From: a bacterium
Lineage (GTDB): Bacteria > SAR324 > NAC60-12
Assembly (NCBI GenBank): GCA_965209155.1
Contig: OZ242383.1
Span: 765,236 to 829,235 of the forward strand
DNA: 64,000 nucleotides
Direction of reading: 5' to 3'
Each line of letters opens with the position of its first letter. Within the stretch, counting starts at the first letter, position 1. Both the position numbers and the translations under genes were made by a program. The notes beneath the pieces were generated by a model that did no database searches, was not told the DNA's origin, and saw nothing but the letters and a program-made list of their open reading frames with translations. Below, piece by piece: positions 10,603-20,571 of this stretch.

Positions 10603-12786
10603 ATGACAAAATCGATAACGGCATATATTCCGATAGCTTTCATATTCAGCGGCTTTTGTTTGACCTGGAGTGGGTTGTATGCGGTAGCTGCAGATATCGA
10701 AACCATGCAATGGTATATTTATGGCTCCGCAATGCTTGCACTGGTTGGATTCATCCTCTTTTTACGCAAAAAGAAAACACCCGCGGAGTTGCGCTTGCAA
10801 GCAGAAAATCTTCAAATGCGGGAAAAAGAAAAACAATTGACGCAACTGGAAAATCGTCTCAGGGAGGATGCCCTGGAATTGGATAAAAGGATACTGCAAT
10901 TTAATCAGAAATTGAAAACCCACCACGAATGGTTGGAATTTCCCGTAGGAGAGGAGTCGTCCGAAATTTATGAAGTAGCAAAGGAAATCAAGGCGCAGGA
11001 CAGGGAAGTGGCGCAATTGTTGAAGCAACAAAGCGCATCCTTTTTTGAAAACATCAAACATAAAAAATATTACAAAGCCGGCAAGATTTGCGCCAGACCC
11101 TTATGGGAAGATATTCTCTCTCTCATCGAATCCGTGGCAAGAATCTACAATCCTCATGCCAGACAACCCTTGTTGCAAACCAGTATCGAGCAACTCCTGC
11201 GGGCTATCAACCAGATCTCGATCAACCTGATCGTATTGCTCGATCGCTTGCCGGTCAATATCAAGAAAAGGACACTCGATGAAACTTATGGCTTCATTCA
11301 AAAGGGTGTGAAAGGGTTCGAGATTTATGAAAAAGCCATTCCTTACCTGGATTATATACAGCCACTTTACTATTTTGGAAGAATGGCGCTCGGCGCCAAT
11401 CCAATTGCCATGGGAGCAACGGCCCTTGCGGTCGAAGTGGGAAAAACCGGTACCAAACAATTGACCATCCACATCAGCGAAAAGTACGCGCTGCGTCTCT
11501 TGCATGAAACGATTGCCATTCTCGCCAACGAAATGGTATCTCTCTTTGGAGGTGATTACCGGCACCGTGACGCCAACTGGATTTATGGAGCGGAACTGAC
11601 TGAATTGGTACATCAATTTCCGATTTCCCGCGAAATTTTACAGGCCGCTTTGAATGAAACGGGGAACCTGCATCTACGCAGCGAATACGACCGCCTGTTT
11701 CTTTATCGTTGCCTGGCTTCTCATCAATCCCTTCATCCTGAAAAATATCCGGACGCTTTTCAAAGTCTCGATGAAAAAGAACGTCAAAATATTGCTCAGG
11801 GGCTGGAGAAATTCTATGACCGTTTTATTTACGGTCGTACGACCAAGCGCATCCGGACTTGGAAAACAGGGGTGGAAAGTCGTTTGGGTTGTAAACTGCA
11901 TTTAAATTCGACTTCCCCTTCTGCGGAACTCAAGACACCAGTGGTACGAAGCATTTTTTATTCGTTAGCCAGTTTTTTGTTGGAAATCAAAGATCGTGAA
12001 ATTGCGGAAATTCCGCATTTATTGTCCCACGGTACACTCCTGGCTCGCCTTGAAAAGCCGCTACGGTCACAAATATTGCAAGATATTGCAGCCAATCCAC
12101 CCATGATCTACAGTTATCCCGATTGTGAACCGGACAGCGAACTCCTGTCCTGCTATCTGGAGGAATTATCAACCCTCAACGTGGAAGTCGCCCCTCACGA
12201 CTCGCGTGGTGATGAGATTTTCAGAGGAGTGCTCCATTACTTTCGCTTGCACGAGAAAGCATTTCAAAAAAAGACGAACAGGCAATACACGGCGTTTTTG
12301 GAAAAACAATTGCATCCCGACTCGGTAGAACGAAAAATAAAATTTCCCGTTGCACGTGCTGCCCTGGCTGCTCTGGAAGGGGACCAAGCGCCTTATTACC
12401 TTTTCAAAAGAATCGCGCTCGAGTCGAAATGGGAAGAAACGCAATCGCCATCACTGCAAAAAAAAAGAGAGCTTTGGCTGCTGGGCACTCCTGCGCGTCT
12501 CATATTATTGGCGATATTTACCGGTTCCCGGTCCGACGAGGAGCAATCGTTGCGCCTATGGCAGGGAGACCGGCGCTCCCATCCTCCCATAAGGTTTCGT
12601 AAGGTCAAAAACAGGGTCATCCACGACTGCTGGATCGAAGGGGGCCAATGGAACAGGGAAATCGTTCCCCGCAGCAGGACTCCACAGGCAATTGTCCTCT
12701 CCGGCAGTCTTTTGGAACGCTATGAAAAATATTTTGCGCCCTTACTGGAGTATGCGGAAGGATTGGAGGCCGATGTCCGAACATAA
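10603..12786 (+). CDS. Hypothetical membrane-anchored coiled-coil protein
   Basis: Long ORF (the track starts at a TTG at 10555; the first ATG is 10603). Two N-terminal hydrophobic helices, then a charged heptad-like segment (LQAENLQMREKEKQLTQLENRLRED). No catalytic motif recognised. Confidence 0.6.
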   Translation: MTKSITAYIPIAFIFSGFCLTWSGLYAVAADIETMQWYIYGSAMLALVGFILFLRKKKTPAELRLQAENLQMREKEKQLTQLENRLREDALELDKRILQFNQKLKTHHEWLEFPVGEESSEIYEVAKEIKAQDREVAQLLKQQSASFFENIKHKKYYKAGKICARPLWEDILSLIESVARIYNPHARQPLLQTSIEQLLRAINQISINLIVLLDRLPVNIKKRTLDETYGFIQKGVKGFEIYEKAIPYLDYIQPLYYFGRMALGANPIAMGATALAVEVGKTGTKQLTIHISEKYALRLLHETIAILANEMVSLFGGDYRHRDANWIYGAELTELVHQFPISREILQAALNETGNLHLRSEYDRLFLYRCLASHQSLHPEKYPDAFQSLDEKERQNIAQGLEKFYDRFIYGRTTKRIRTWKTGVESRLGCKLHLNSTSPSAELKTPVVRSIFYSLASFLLEIKDREIAEIPHLLSHGTLLARLEKPLRSQILQDIAANPPMIYSYPDCEPDSELLSCYLEELSTLNVEVAPHDSRGDEIFRGVLHYFRLHEKAFQKKTNRQYTAFLEKQLHPDSVERKIKFPVARAALAALEGDQAPYYLFKRIALESKWEETQSPSLQKKRELWLLGTPARLILLAIFTGSRSDEEQSLRLWQGDRRSHPPIRFRKVKNRVIHDCWIEGGQWNREIVPRSRTPQAIVLSGSLLERYEKYFAPLLEYAEGLEADVRT

Positions 12787-12938
12787 TTTTTTTTTTTGGT
12801 TGCTTCTTTCCGGCGCTTCCGTTAAAAATCTAAAACTACCTGAATCTGACACGTCCCGGCATTTCACTCAATTCACGTTTCAGTGAATAGAAATACGGGA
12901 AATTCAAATCAAGACTTTATCGTTCAAGAAGAGATTTC

Positions 12939-13466
12939 GTGTTTTCTCCGGAAGTACAAAAGAGGGCGGAAAACATCCTCAGTCGCTATCCCATCAAAGC
13001 GAATGCCCTGCTGCCGATATTACACCTTGCCCAAAGAGCGAACAACGGGTATTTGACTTCGGAATGTTTGCAACAAGTGGCTGAAATTTGCGACCTGCCG
13101 CCAACTCATGTGGAAGGCGTTGCCACATTCTATACCATGTTCAAATTCGAAGTACCGGGGAAATATCACCTGCAGGTCTGTACCAACTTGTCATGCGGCC
13201 TTTGCGGAGGTGAAAAAATTCTTCGACATATCGAAAGTCGATTGCGCACTCATGCCGGACAAACAAGCGAGAGTGGACAATTCAGCGTCGAAGAAGTCGA
13301 GTGTCTGGGAGCCTGCGGGTACGCTCCGGTGATGATCGTCAATGAAGACTTTCATGAAAAATTAACCATTGCGGAAGTAGACCGTATTCTGGATCAACTG
13401 GAGCAGGACACCAGCGAGATGCCGGAAAAAACACTTCCCATCGACAGACCCATGCGAACAACCTGA
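12939..13466 (+). CDS. nuoE: NADH-quinone oxidoreductase subunit E
   Basis: GTG start. 2Fe-2S Cys pattern CTNLSCGLCG ... VECLGACGYAPV. Confidence 0.9.
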   Translation: MFSPEVQKRAENILSRYPIKANALLPILHLAQRANNGYLTSECLQQVAEICDLPPTHVEGVATFYTMFKFEVPGKYHLQVCTNLSCGLCGGEKILRHIESRLRTHAGQTSESGQFSVEEVECLGACGYAPVMIVNEDFHEKLTIAEVDRILDQLEQDTSEMPEKTLPIDRPMRTT

Positions 13467-13500
13467 TGCGAACCACGGAACCCATCATCATGAAATTGCC

Positions 13501-14757
13501 ATGCTGGAAGAAACACTAATCCTCTTTAAAAACGTCAGACAACCCGGATATCGAGGGGACTTGCAGAGCTACAAGGCAGCAGGCGGTTATGTGGCACTCG
13601 AAAAAGCCTTGAAAATGCAGCCTGAAGACCTGGTTGAACTTGTCAAAGAATCGGGATTGCGAGGTCGGGGTGGCGCAGGATTTCCGACAGGACTCAAGTG
13701 GAGTTTCATGGCAAAAGGTACGGGTAAGCCCAGTTACCTGATCATCAATGCCGATGAAGGAGAACCCGGTACGTTCAAAGATCGTGAAATCATGCTCAAA
13801 GAGCCTCATATGTTTTTGGAAGGTTTCATGATTGGCTGTTATGCTTTGGGATGTCACCATGGTTACATATATGTACGTGGAGAGTTCGTTCCGGCCATGC
13901 GGCGATTGCAGGAGGCGGTGGACGAGTGCTATGCTGGCGGAATCCTGGGGCCGGGACTGATGGGAAGTGATTTCGAGTTGGAAATGACCTTGCATCCAGG
14001 AGCCGGGGCCTATATCTGCGGAGAAGAAACGGCGCTTCTGGACTCATTGGAAGGCAAACGCGGCCAACCTCGCACAAAACCTCCTTTCCCCGCCGTGGCA
14101 GGATTCAATGGTTGTCCCACCAGCGTGAACAACGTGGAAACCCTGATGTGCGTTCCAGTCATCGTCAATGAAGGGGCGGAATATTTCAAATCCCTGGGCA
14201 CGCCCAACAATTCGGGCACTCACCTGGTCAGCTTGAGTGGACACGTCAACAAACCCGGAGTGTACGAATTGAAAATGGGGGTCAACTTAAAGGACATCAT
14301 CTATGAAATCGGTGGTGGAATTCCTGGCGGTAAGAGGCTGAAGGGCGTGATTCCCGGGGGCTCTTCGGTGCCGGTACTGAGTCCGGACGAAATAGACCTT
14401 CCTTACGACTTTGATTCATTGGCCGAGGCGAAAAGTTTGATGGGATCTTCCGCAATTATTGTTTTTGACGAGGACACGGACGTGGTCGAGTTCCTGTATC
14501 GCATCGTGCAGTTTTACAATCACGAATCCTGCGGACAATGCACCCCCTGCCGGGAAGGTACCAATTGGAGTCGACAGATCTTGCGCGAATTTGTCAACCG
14601 GCAAGGATCTCCGCAAATGTTGAGACGACTGTACCGCGTGGGTGGAAACATGCTGGGGACGACCTTGTGCGCGCTGGGAGATGCCTGCGCCATGCCCATC
14701 CAAGCCTTTGTGGATAAATACCCGCAAGACTTTCGTTCCCATTTTTCGGGCGTTTGA
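13501..14757 (+). CDS. nuoF: NADH-quinone oxidoreductase subunit F
   Basis: GLRGRGGAGFPTGLKW, NADEGEPGTFKDR, and the 4Fe-4S motif ESCGQCTPCREG. Confidence 0.95.
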   Translation: MLEETLILFKNVRQPGYRGDLQSYKAAGGYVALEKALKMQPEDLVELVKESGLRGRGGAGFPTGLKWSFMAKGTGKPSYLIINADEGEPGTFKDREIMLKEPHMFLEGFMIGCYALGCHHGYIYVRGEFVPAMRRLQEAVDECYAGGILGPGLMGSDFELEMTLHPGAGAYICGEETALLDSLEGKRGQPRTKPPFPAVAGFNGCPTSVNNVETLMCVPVIVNEGAEYFKSLGTPNNSGTHLVSLSGHVNKPGVYELKMGVNLKDIIYEIGGGIPGGKRLKGVIPGGSSVPVLSPDEIDLPYDFDSLAEAKSLMGSSAIIVFDEDTDVVEFLYRIVQFYNHESCGQCTPCREGTNWSRQILREFVNRQGSPQMLRRLYRVGGNMLGTTLCALGDACAMPIQAFVDKYPQDFRSHFSGV

Positions 14758-14781
14758 TAACTGTATTATTGAAAACTGGTC

Positions 14782-16374
14782 ATGCCGACATTTTATCTCG
14801 ATGAAAAACCCGTCGAATTCGAAGCAGGAGAAAATATCCTCTCCGCCGCTTTAAAAGCCGGAATTGAAATACCTCATTATTGCTACCACCCCGCCTTGTC
14901 TGTTGTCGCCACCTGTCGTATGTGTCTGGTCGACGTAGTCGACATGGGCAACGGCCGGCCCGCTCCCAAGCTGATGACTTCCTGTTCCACGGATGCAGCG
15001 GAAGGAATGAAGGTACTCAGCCATAATGAGAGTGTGCGGGAAGGCCGGGAATTGGTGATGGAATTCCTGCTGATCAATCACCCTCTGGATTGTCCCATTT
15101 GCGACCAGGCGGGGGAGTGTACCCTGCAGGATTATTCTCACGACTATGGAAGCGGTCAATCTGAAATGGAATATTCCAAACGGGTCTATGGCTGGCGCGA
15201 CATCGGCACTTTCGTCATGCTGGAACGCAACCGCTGTATCCACTGTACCCGTTGTGACCGTTTTACCCGGGAAATCACGGGCACCCATGAGTTTGGTATG
15301 TTCAACCGGGGCCACCAATTGACTGTCGACACGTTCACCGACCGTCCGATGACCAATAAATTTCAAGGGAACATGGCCGATATTTGTCCGGTAGGTTGTA
15401 TCACGGAACGAGAATTCCGTTTCAAGCGACGTGTCTGGAAATTGAAAAAAACCAACTCTATCTGCACTCATTGCTCCACGGGTTGCAATATCACGATAGA
15501 AGAGGATAAAAACACGGTGGTCCGGCTCAAACCCCGCGAAAATCAACAAGTCAATCAATGGTGGATGTGTGACGATGGCCGTGTCAGCGTGAGACGCTTC
15601 AAAAAAAACAGAAACCGCCTTTTGCAGCCCGAGGGACGTGTCAGGGGGGAACTGGTCAGAGCAACCTGGGAACAAATTTACCGGGCATTGAAGACTAAAA
15701 TCGACTCCCTGTCACCCGTCGCCGCCGAAGTGCTTGCCATCACAGACACCCATGCAAGCAACGAAGAACTCTACTTACTGAAGAAATTGACAAAAGATGT
15801 TTTTAATTCCGACAACGTCTTTTTTCCACTCCGTCCCTGGTCTCAGCCCAACACCGACTATTTTATCGATTCATTGATCACCAGCGATAAAAGTCCCAAT
15901 CGCGCGGGGGCCATCGCATTGCAATTGATTGGCGATGAAGAGGATACCCGCCTGCAAAAAGCCTTGCAGGGTCCTCTGAAACTGGTAGTGGTGCTCGGCA
16001 ATCCTTTTGCGGAAAAACCGGAAATTCAAGATCAGGTCGGCAAGGCGGAATTGATTGTCTATATCGGTACTGAAAAGAATTCCTGGGCAAAATACGCCGA
16101 CGTCTTGTTGCCAGGTCGAACTCATGCTGAAAAAGAAGGAACCTTCACCAACAAAAACAATCGGGTCCAGCGTATCTTGACCGCGGTCAACGCCCCTGAA
16201 TTCACCAAACCAGAATGGATGATTCTCAAGGAATTGATCCAAGTCATGGAGAAAGAAGCCGATTTTGAATCGGTTCCGGATATTTTTGACGCTTTGGGTT
16301 CCAACGTTGAGAGTTTCAAGGGAATGACCTACGGCCATATTGGCAGTCTGGGCTGTCAGCTGCCGGCTCAATAA
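14782..16374 (+). CDS. nuoG: NADH-quinone oxidoreductase subunit G (short form)
   Basis: 2Fe-2S motif CYHP...CRMCLV, HPLDCPICDQAGEC and CIHCTRCDRF. Only 530 aa, so the C-terminal molybdopterin-like region is reduced. Confidence 0.85.
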   Translation: MPTFYLDEKPVEFEAGENILSAALKAGIEIPHYCYHPALSVVATCRMCLVDVVDMGNGRPAPKLMTSCSTDAAEGMKVLSHNESVREGRELVMEFLLINHPLDCPICDQAGECTLQDYSHDYGSGQSEMEYSKRVYGWRDIGTFVMLERNRCIHCTRCDRFTREITGTHEFGMFNRGHQLTVDTFTDRPMTNKFQGNMADICPVGCITEREFRFKRRVWKLKKTNSICTHCSTGCNITIEEDKNTVVRLKPRENQQVNQWWMCDDGRVSVRRFKKNRNRLLQPEGRVRGELVRATWEQIYRALKTKIDSLSPVAAEVLAITDTHASNEELYLLKKLTKDVFNSDNVFFPLRPWSQPNTDYFIDSLITSDKSPNRAGAIALQLIGDEEDTRLQKALQGPLKLVVVLGNPFAEKPEIQDQVGKAELIVYIGTEKNSWAKYADVLLPGRTHAEKEGTFTNKNNRVQRILTAVNAPEFTKPEWMILKELIQVMEKEADFESVPDIFDALGSNVESFKGMTYGHIGSLGCQLPAQ

Positions 16375-16392
16375 TCAAATTCGAGAGGATTC

Positions 16393-16908
16393 ATGTTGTT
16401 GACCTTTTACATTCTCGCCACCGTTTCCGTGCTCAGTTCATTGGGGGTACTGGTTTGCCGCAGTCCTGTTTACAGCGCGATGTCCCTGGTTTGCACCTTC
16501 TTTTGCTTGGGCGGAATATACGTTTTGCTCAACGTGGAGTTTGTAGCGGTAATCCAGATTTTGATATATGCGGGGGCTATTCTGGTGCTTTTTCTTTTTG
16601 TCATCATGCTCCTCAATATAGCGCCGGCTGGAGAATCGATTCGCTTAAATCTCCCCCGGGGGCTGGCCATAGGCATAACCATTGGGTTGCTTATTCAAAT
16701 TTCCGCCATGTTCCTGAGCAGTATTGAATATGGCCCCAAAGATATTTACACCCTGGAAATCATCAAGGAAGAAGGATCAATTGGACTGATCGGCCGTTTG
16801 TTGTACGGGGAATACGTACTTCCCTTCGAGGCCGTTTCAATCCTATTGCTGGTTGCGGTCATCGGCGCCGTGGTTATTGGTAAACGTCGTATCAAGGAAA
16901 ACCAATGA
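16393..16908 (+). CDS. nuoJ: NADH-quinone oxidoreductase subunit J
   Basis: 171-aa polytopic protein with the typical NuoJ layout ([24 protein letters not shown]). Directly follows nuoG. Confidence 0.85.
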   Translation: MLLTFYILATVSVLSSLGVLVCRSPVYSAMSLVCTFFCLGGIYVLLNVEFVAVIQILIYAGAILVLFLFVIMLLNIAPAGESIRLNLPRGLAIGITIGLLIQISAMFLSSIEYGPKDIYTLEIIKEEGSIGLIGRLLYGEYVLPFEAVSILLLVAVIGAVVIGKRRIKENQ

Positions 16909-17207
16909 TTCCCACTACTCATGTGCTGATTCTCAGCGCTATATTATTCGCCACCGGAGTCTTGGGCGTGATGCTGCGTCGCAATGTGATCGTCATATTC
17001 ATGAGCATTGAATTGATGCTCAATGCGGTCAACCTGTCTTTTGTGGCTTTTGCCCGTGAAATGGATTCAATGGCCGGCGTAATTTTTATTTTCTTTATTA
17101 TTGTCGTTGCTGCCGCTGAAGCGGTTGTGGGATTGTCTATCATCCTGTCAATTTACCGCAATCGACAAACGCTCAACGTAGATGAATACAACTGGATCAA
17201 GTGGTGA
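16905..17207 (+). CDS. nuoK: NADH-quinone oxidoreductase subunit K
   Basis: 100 aa, three TM helices, [16 protein letters not shown] and [11 protein letters not shown] motifs. Overlaps the nuoJ stop. Confidence 0.9.
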   Translation: MIPTTHVLILSAILFATGVLGVMLRRNVIVIFMSIELMLNAVNLSFVAFAREMDSMAGVIFIFFIIVVAAAEAVVGLSIILSIYRNRQTLNVDEYNWIKW

Positions 17208-17249
17208 CGTTGCGCACGTCCGAGACCAGTCGGTGTCCTCGGTGACGCT

Positions 17250-19172
17250 TTGTGGAGAACCTTTATGCATCAAATATGGCTCGTTCCGGCATTTCCGCTC
17301 ATCGGATTCATTCTCAACGGACTGTTTGGAAAGTTTTTTGGAAAACGTTTCGTCAGTTTTGTAGGGCCCTTGACGATCGGATTTTCCTTCCTGCAGTCGT
17401 TGGTGCTCCTCTTTCAGATGCTTGCCAGTGAAAACCGGGTCTTGCACGAAAACCTCTATACCTGGATGCAGGCTGGAAATTTGAGTCTCAACGTTGGGTT
17501 TACGGTCGATCCGCTTTCCGCGCTTTTTTTACTGATCATCACCGGTGTCGGTTTTTTAATCCATGTCTATTCGATCGGGTACATGTATGAGGAGGAGGCT
17601 TATTACCGCTTTTTCAGCTATCTCAATCTTTTCGTATTTTTCATGCTCATCCTCGTGTTGGGGGACAACTTCGTGCTCATGTTTGTCGGTTGGGAGGGTG
17701 TCGGACTCTGTTCCTACCTGCTGATCGGTTATTATTTTGAAAGGCAAACGGCAATTGACGCCTGCAAGAAAGCATTCATCACCAACCGCATCGGCGATTT
17801 CGGTTTCCTGGCCGCCGTGATGCTGATCTTTATTTTTTTTGGAACCCTGGCCTTCGAGGACGTCAATTCTCAAGCTGCTTCGGTACTGGAACCGGGGGGC
17901 GTGATCGTCACGCTCATCACGTTGTTCCTTTTTTTGGGAGCAACCGGCAAGTCGGCGCAAATTCCTCTCTACGTCTGGTTGCCGGATGCCATGGAGGGGC
18001 CCACACCGGTTTCCGCGTTGATCCATGCCGCCACCATGGTCACCTCCGGCTTATACATGTTGGCCCGGCTCAGTCATTTGTTCATCCTCGCGCCCGTCAC
18101 GATGAATGTGGTCGCCATCATTGGCGTAATCACTGCGATCTTGGCGGCATGCATCGCTATCACGCAAACGGATATCAAACGAGTTCTGGCGTATTCCACC
18201 GTCAGTCAATTGGGATACATGTTCCTGGCTATGGGGGTCGGAGCATTCGGAGTCGGCGTTTTTCATGTGATGACTCATGCCTTCTTCAAAGCCCTCTTGT
18301 TCCTGTGCTCGGGTGCCGTAATCCATGCCTTGCACCATGAACAAGACATGATGAAAATGGGAGGACTGAAGAACAAGCTTCCCGTGACCTATTTCACGAT
18401 GCTCATCGGCACTATCGCCATTGCCGGAATTCCTCCTTTTGCCGGCTTTTTCAGCAAAGATGAAATCCTCTGGAAAACCTGGAGCAGTGGAAATTTCTCC
18501 CTCTGGTTGATCGGCTTTATCACGGCAATTTTGACTTCTTTTTACATGTTCAGACTCATTTTCCTCACCTTCCACGGGGAATCCCGGGTGGATTCACGCA
18601 GAGCGGCTCACATCCATGAAGCGCCTTTCTCTATGCTCGCTCCTTTGGTGATCCTGGCCATTCTTTCAATCTTTGGTGGATTGTTCGGCGTGCCCCATAT
18701 CCTGCACTTTCTTCCCAATGGTATGGAGTGGTACTTCGAAGGTTTTTACGCGCAAGCGCCTGCCGGTCATGGTTCCGCCAGCATGGAAGCGTTCCTCATG
18801 GTGGCGTCCGTCATTGTCGCCTTGCTTCCACTTTGGTTTGCCTGGAAACTTTATGCGAGAAAATTGGATCAGGTCAGTATGTGGAAAGAAAAATATGCTT
18901 TTCTCTACAACGTTTCCTTCAATAAATTTTTTGTGGACGAAGCTTATGACATTTTATTCATCCAATCCATCAAGAAGCTTTCAACCGTCGTTTTCTGGCG
19001 TTGGTTCGATCTCGGGGTGATCGATCGCCTGGTTCACCTGAGCGGAGATTTTGCCCGGGCCTCCGGGGGGATGATCCGCACCCTGCAAAACGGGATTTTG
19101 CAACAATATGCCCTCATATTTGCCTTGGGTGCCATCATCATCCTCTGGTACCTGATATTTCTTCCACTTTAA
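17250..19172 (+). CDS. nuoL: NADH-quinone oxidoreductase subunit L
   Basis: 640-aa antiporter-like subunit (WEGVGLCSYLLIGYYF, GKSAQIPLYVWLPDAMEGPTPVSALIHAATMV). Confidence 0.95.
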   Translation: MWRTFMHQIWLVPAFPLIGFILNGLFGKFFGKRFVSFVGPLTIGFSFLQSLVLLFQMLASENRVLHENLYTWMQAGNLSLNVGFTVDPLSALFLLIITGVGFLIHVYSIGYMYEEEAYYRFFSYLNLFVFFMLILVLGDNFVLMFVGWEGVGLCSYLLIGYYFERQTAIDACKKAFITNRIGDFGFLAAVMLIFIFFGTLAFEDVNSQAASVLEPGGVIVTLITLFLFLGATGKSAQIPLYVWLPDAMEGPTPVSALIHAATMVTSGLYMLARLSHLFILAPVTMNVVAIIGVITAILAACIAITQTDIKRVLAYSTVSQLGYMFLAMGVGAFGVGVFHVMTHAFFKALLFLCSGAVIHALHHEQDMMKMGGLKNKLPVTYFTMLIGTIAIAGIPPFAGFFSKDEILWKTWSSGNFSLWLIGFITAILTSFYMFRLIFLTFHGESRVDSRRAAHIHEAPFSMLAPLVILAILSIFGGLFGVPHILHFLPNGMEWYFEGFYAQAPAGHGSASMEAFLMVASVIVALLPLWFAWKLYARKLDQVSMWKEKYAFLYNVSFNKFFVDEAYDILFIQSIKKLSTVVFWRWFDLGVIDRLVHLSGDFARASGGMIRTLQNGILQQYALIFALGAIIILWYLIFLPL

Positions 19173-19178
19173 AAAAAC

Positions 19179-19799
19179 ATGGATTTCACCCATTCCCATT
19201 TTTCTCGTCCATTATCCGCAATGAGGATGTCCCTGCTTTCTTGCATTCCAGAGGTTTTTGTGAAATTTATAAACCCTTGCTTTCTTTTTATTTTGGTTTG
19301 CCTCTCTATCACCCCCCGGGTGTCTGCCCTGGAAACTCTTGAAATCGGAATCGTTGATTTGAATCGCGCCATCAACGAATCGGAAGAAGGAATCCGTTCC
19401 AGAAACCTGTTGGAAGAGGAAGGACGTCGCATGCAGCAGGAACTGAATCTAGAGGAGGAAGCATTGAGAAATCAAGCAATCAAATTGCGTGAAAATCTGC
19501 TCCTCACAGAAACGGCGAAGAAAGAGAAAGAAGCCGAATTGAAACAACAGGAGCAGGCTCTCATTCAGAAAGGCCAACAGTTCGAACAGTCCCTCCGCTC
19601 AAAAGAGCGACAAATGACCAATCAAATGATCAACGAATTGAAAGCCGTGATACGTACGGTGGCCAGAAACGGAAAATTTGACGTTGTTTTGGAAAAAACA
19701 GCCTCCGAAATCATTCTTTACATACGCAACGAAATCACGGATTTGACTGAAGAAGTGATCGATCATTACAATTCTCTCAAAACCCCGGTCAAAGAATGA
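19179..19799 (+). CDS. skp: OmpH/Skp-family periplasmic chaperone
   Basis: Signal peptide, then LEIGIVDLNRAI followed by long charged helices and KFDVVLEK...ITDLTEEVI. True start may be the internal MRMSLL. Confidence 0.75.
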   Translation: MDFTHSHFSRPLSAMRMSLLSCIPEVFVKFINPCFLFILVCLSITPRVSALETLEIGIVDLNRAINESEEGIRSRNLLEEEGRRMQQELNLEEEALRNQAIKLRENLLLTETAKKEKEAELKQQEQALIQKGQQFEQSLRSKERQMTNQMINELKAVIRTVARNGKFDVVLEKTASEIILYIRNEITDLTEEVIDHYNSLKTPVKE

Positions 19800-20239
19800 C
19801 GACCATTGTCTACGATCTCGAGCAAATAAAGGAGATTTTACCACAGCGTTATCCTTTTCTTCTCATCGATCGTATCCTGGAACTGGCCCCGGGTGTTTCA
19901 TGCAAAGGCTTGAAAAATATTTCTGGAAGTGAACCATTCTTTCAGGGACATTTCCCGGATTATCCTGTGATGCCGGGTGTTCTGGTGGTGGAAGCCCTGG
20001 CGCAGGTGGGAGGCGTGGCTGCGCATTCGGAAGTGAAAGGCATTCCTAAAATTCTTTTTGGAGGCATCGAAAAAGCGCGTTTCAAACGCCCCGTCATTCC
20101 TGGTGACCAATTGATTCTGGAGGTGGTGGTGGAAGCCCATCGTCAATATCTCTGGCACTTTGCCGGTACGGCGTCCGTGGACGGAAACGTGGTCGCAACC
20201 GCCCAGGTTAAAATGATGATATTTCCTCCCCAAGCATAA
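19796..20239 (+). CDS. fabZ: 3-hydroxyacyl-ACP dehydratase FabZ
   Basis: LPQRYPFLLIDRI and EPFFQGHFPDYPVMPGVLVVEALAQ. Confidence 0.95.
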   Translation: MTTIVYDLEQIKEILPQRYPFLLIDRILELAPGVSCKGLKNISGSEPFFQGHFPDYPVMPGVLVVEALAQVGGVAAHSEVKGIPKILFGGIEKARFKRPVIPGDQLILEVVVEAHRQYLWHFAGTASVDGNVVATAQVKMMIFPPQA

Positions 20240-20288
20240 TTGAATGAGCATTCCCGGCAAGTGAGTGAATCCCAACTGAAAAAGAATC

Positions 20289-20570
20289 ATGTTTTCCATT
20301 GATGAAGTGCAAAAAATTGCCAATCTCTCCAATTTGGAGTTGACCGAAGAAGAAAAAAAAACTTTTGCTCGTCAATTTTCCACTATCCTCGACTATTTCA
20401 AGGTGCTGGATAGCCTTGACGTTCCCCCTGAATTTGCGGACCGGGACGAGAGCATGCTGGTTATTTTTCAAGACGATCACAGGCAACTTTCTCCTGTTGC
20501 TCCCGAACATTTCAGTCCTTACACTGAAAACGGTTGTTTCAAGGTTCCCAAAGTGATCGACGCTTCATGA
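20289..20570 (+). CDS. gatC: Asp/Glu-tRNA amidotransferase subunit C
   Basis: 93 aa, VQKIANLSNLELTEEEKKTFARQFSTILDYFKVLDSLDV. Confidence 0.9.
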   Translation: MFSIDEVQKIANLSNLELTEEEKKTFARQFSTILDYFKVLDSLDVPPEFADRDESMLVIFQDDHRQLSPVAPEHFSPYTENGCFKVPKVIDAS

Positions 20571-20571
20571 T

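Noticed and set aside
10285-10710. 141-aa minus-strand ORF in the parC-hypothetical spacer.
   Set aside because: It overlaps the 3' end of the subunit A gene and the 5' end of the downstream gene, and has no RBS or motif.
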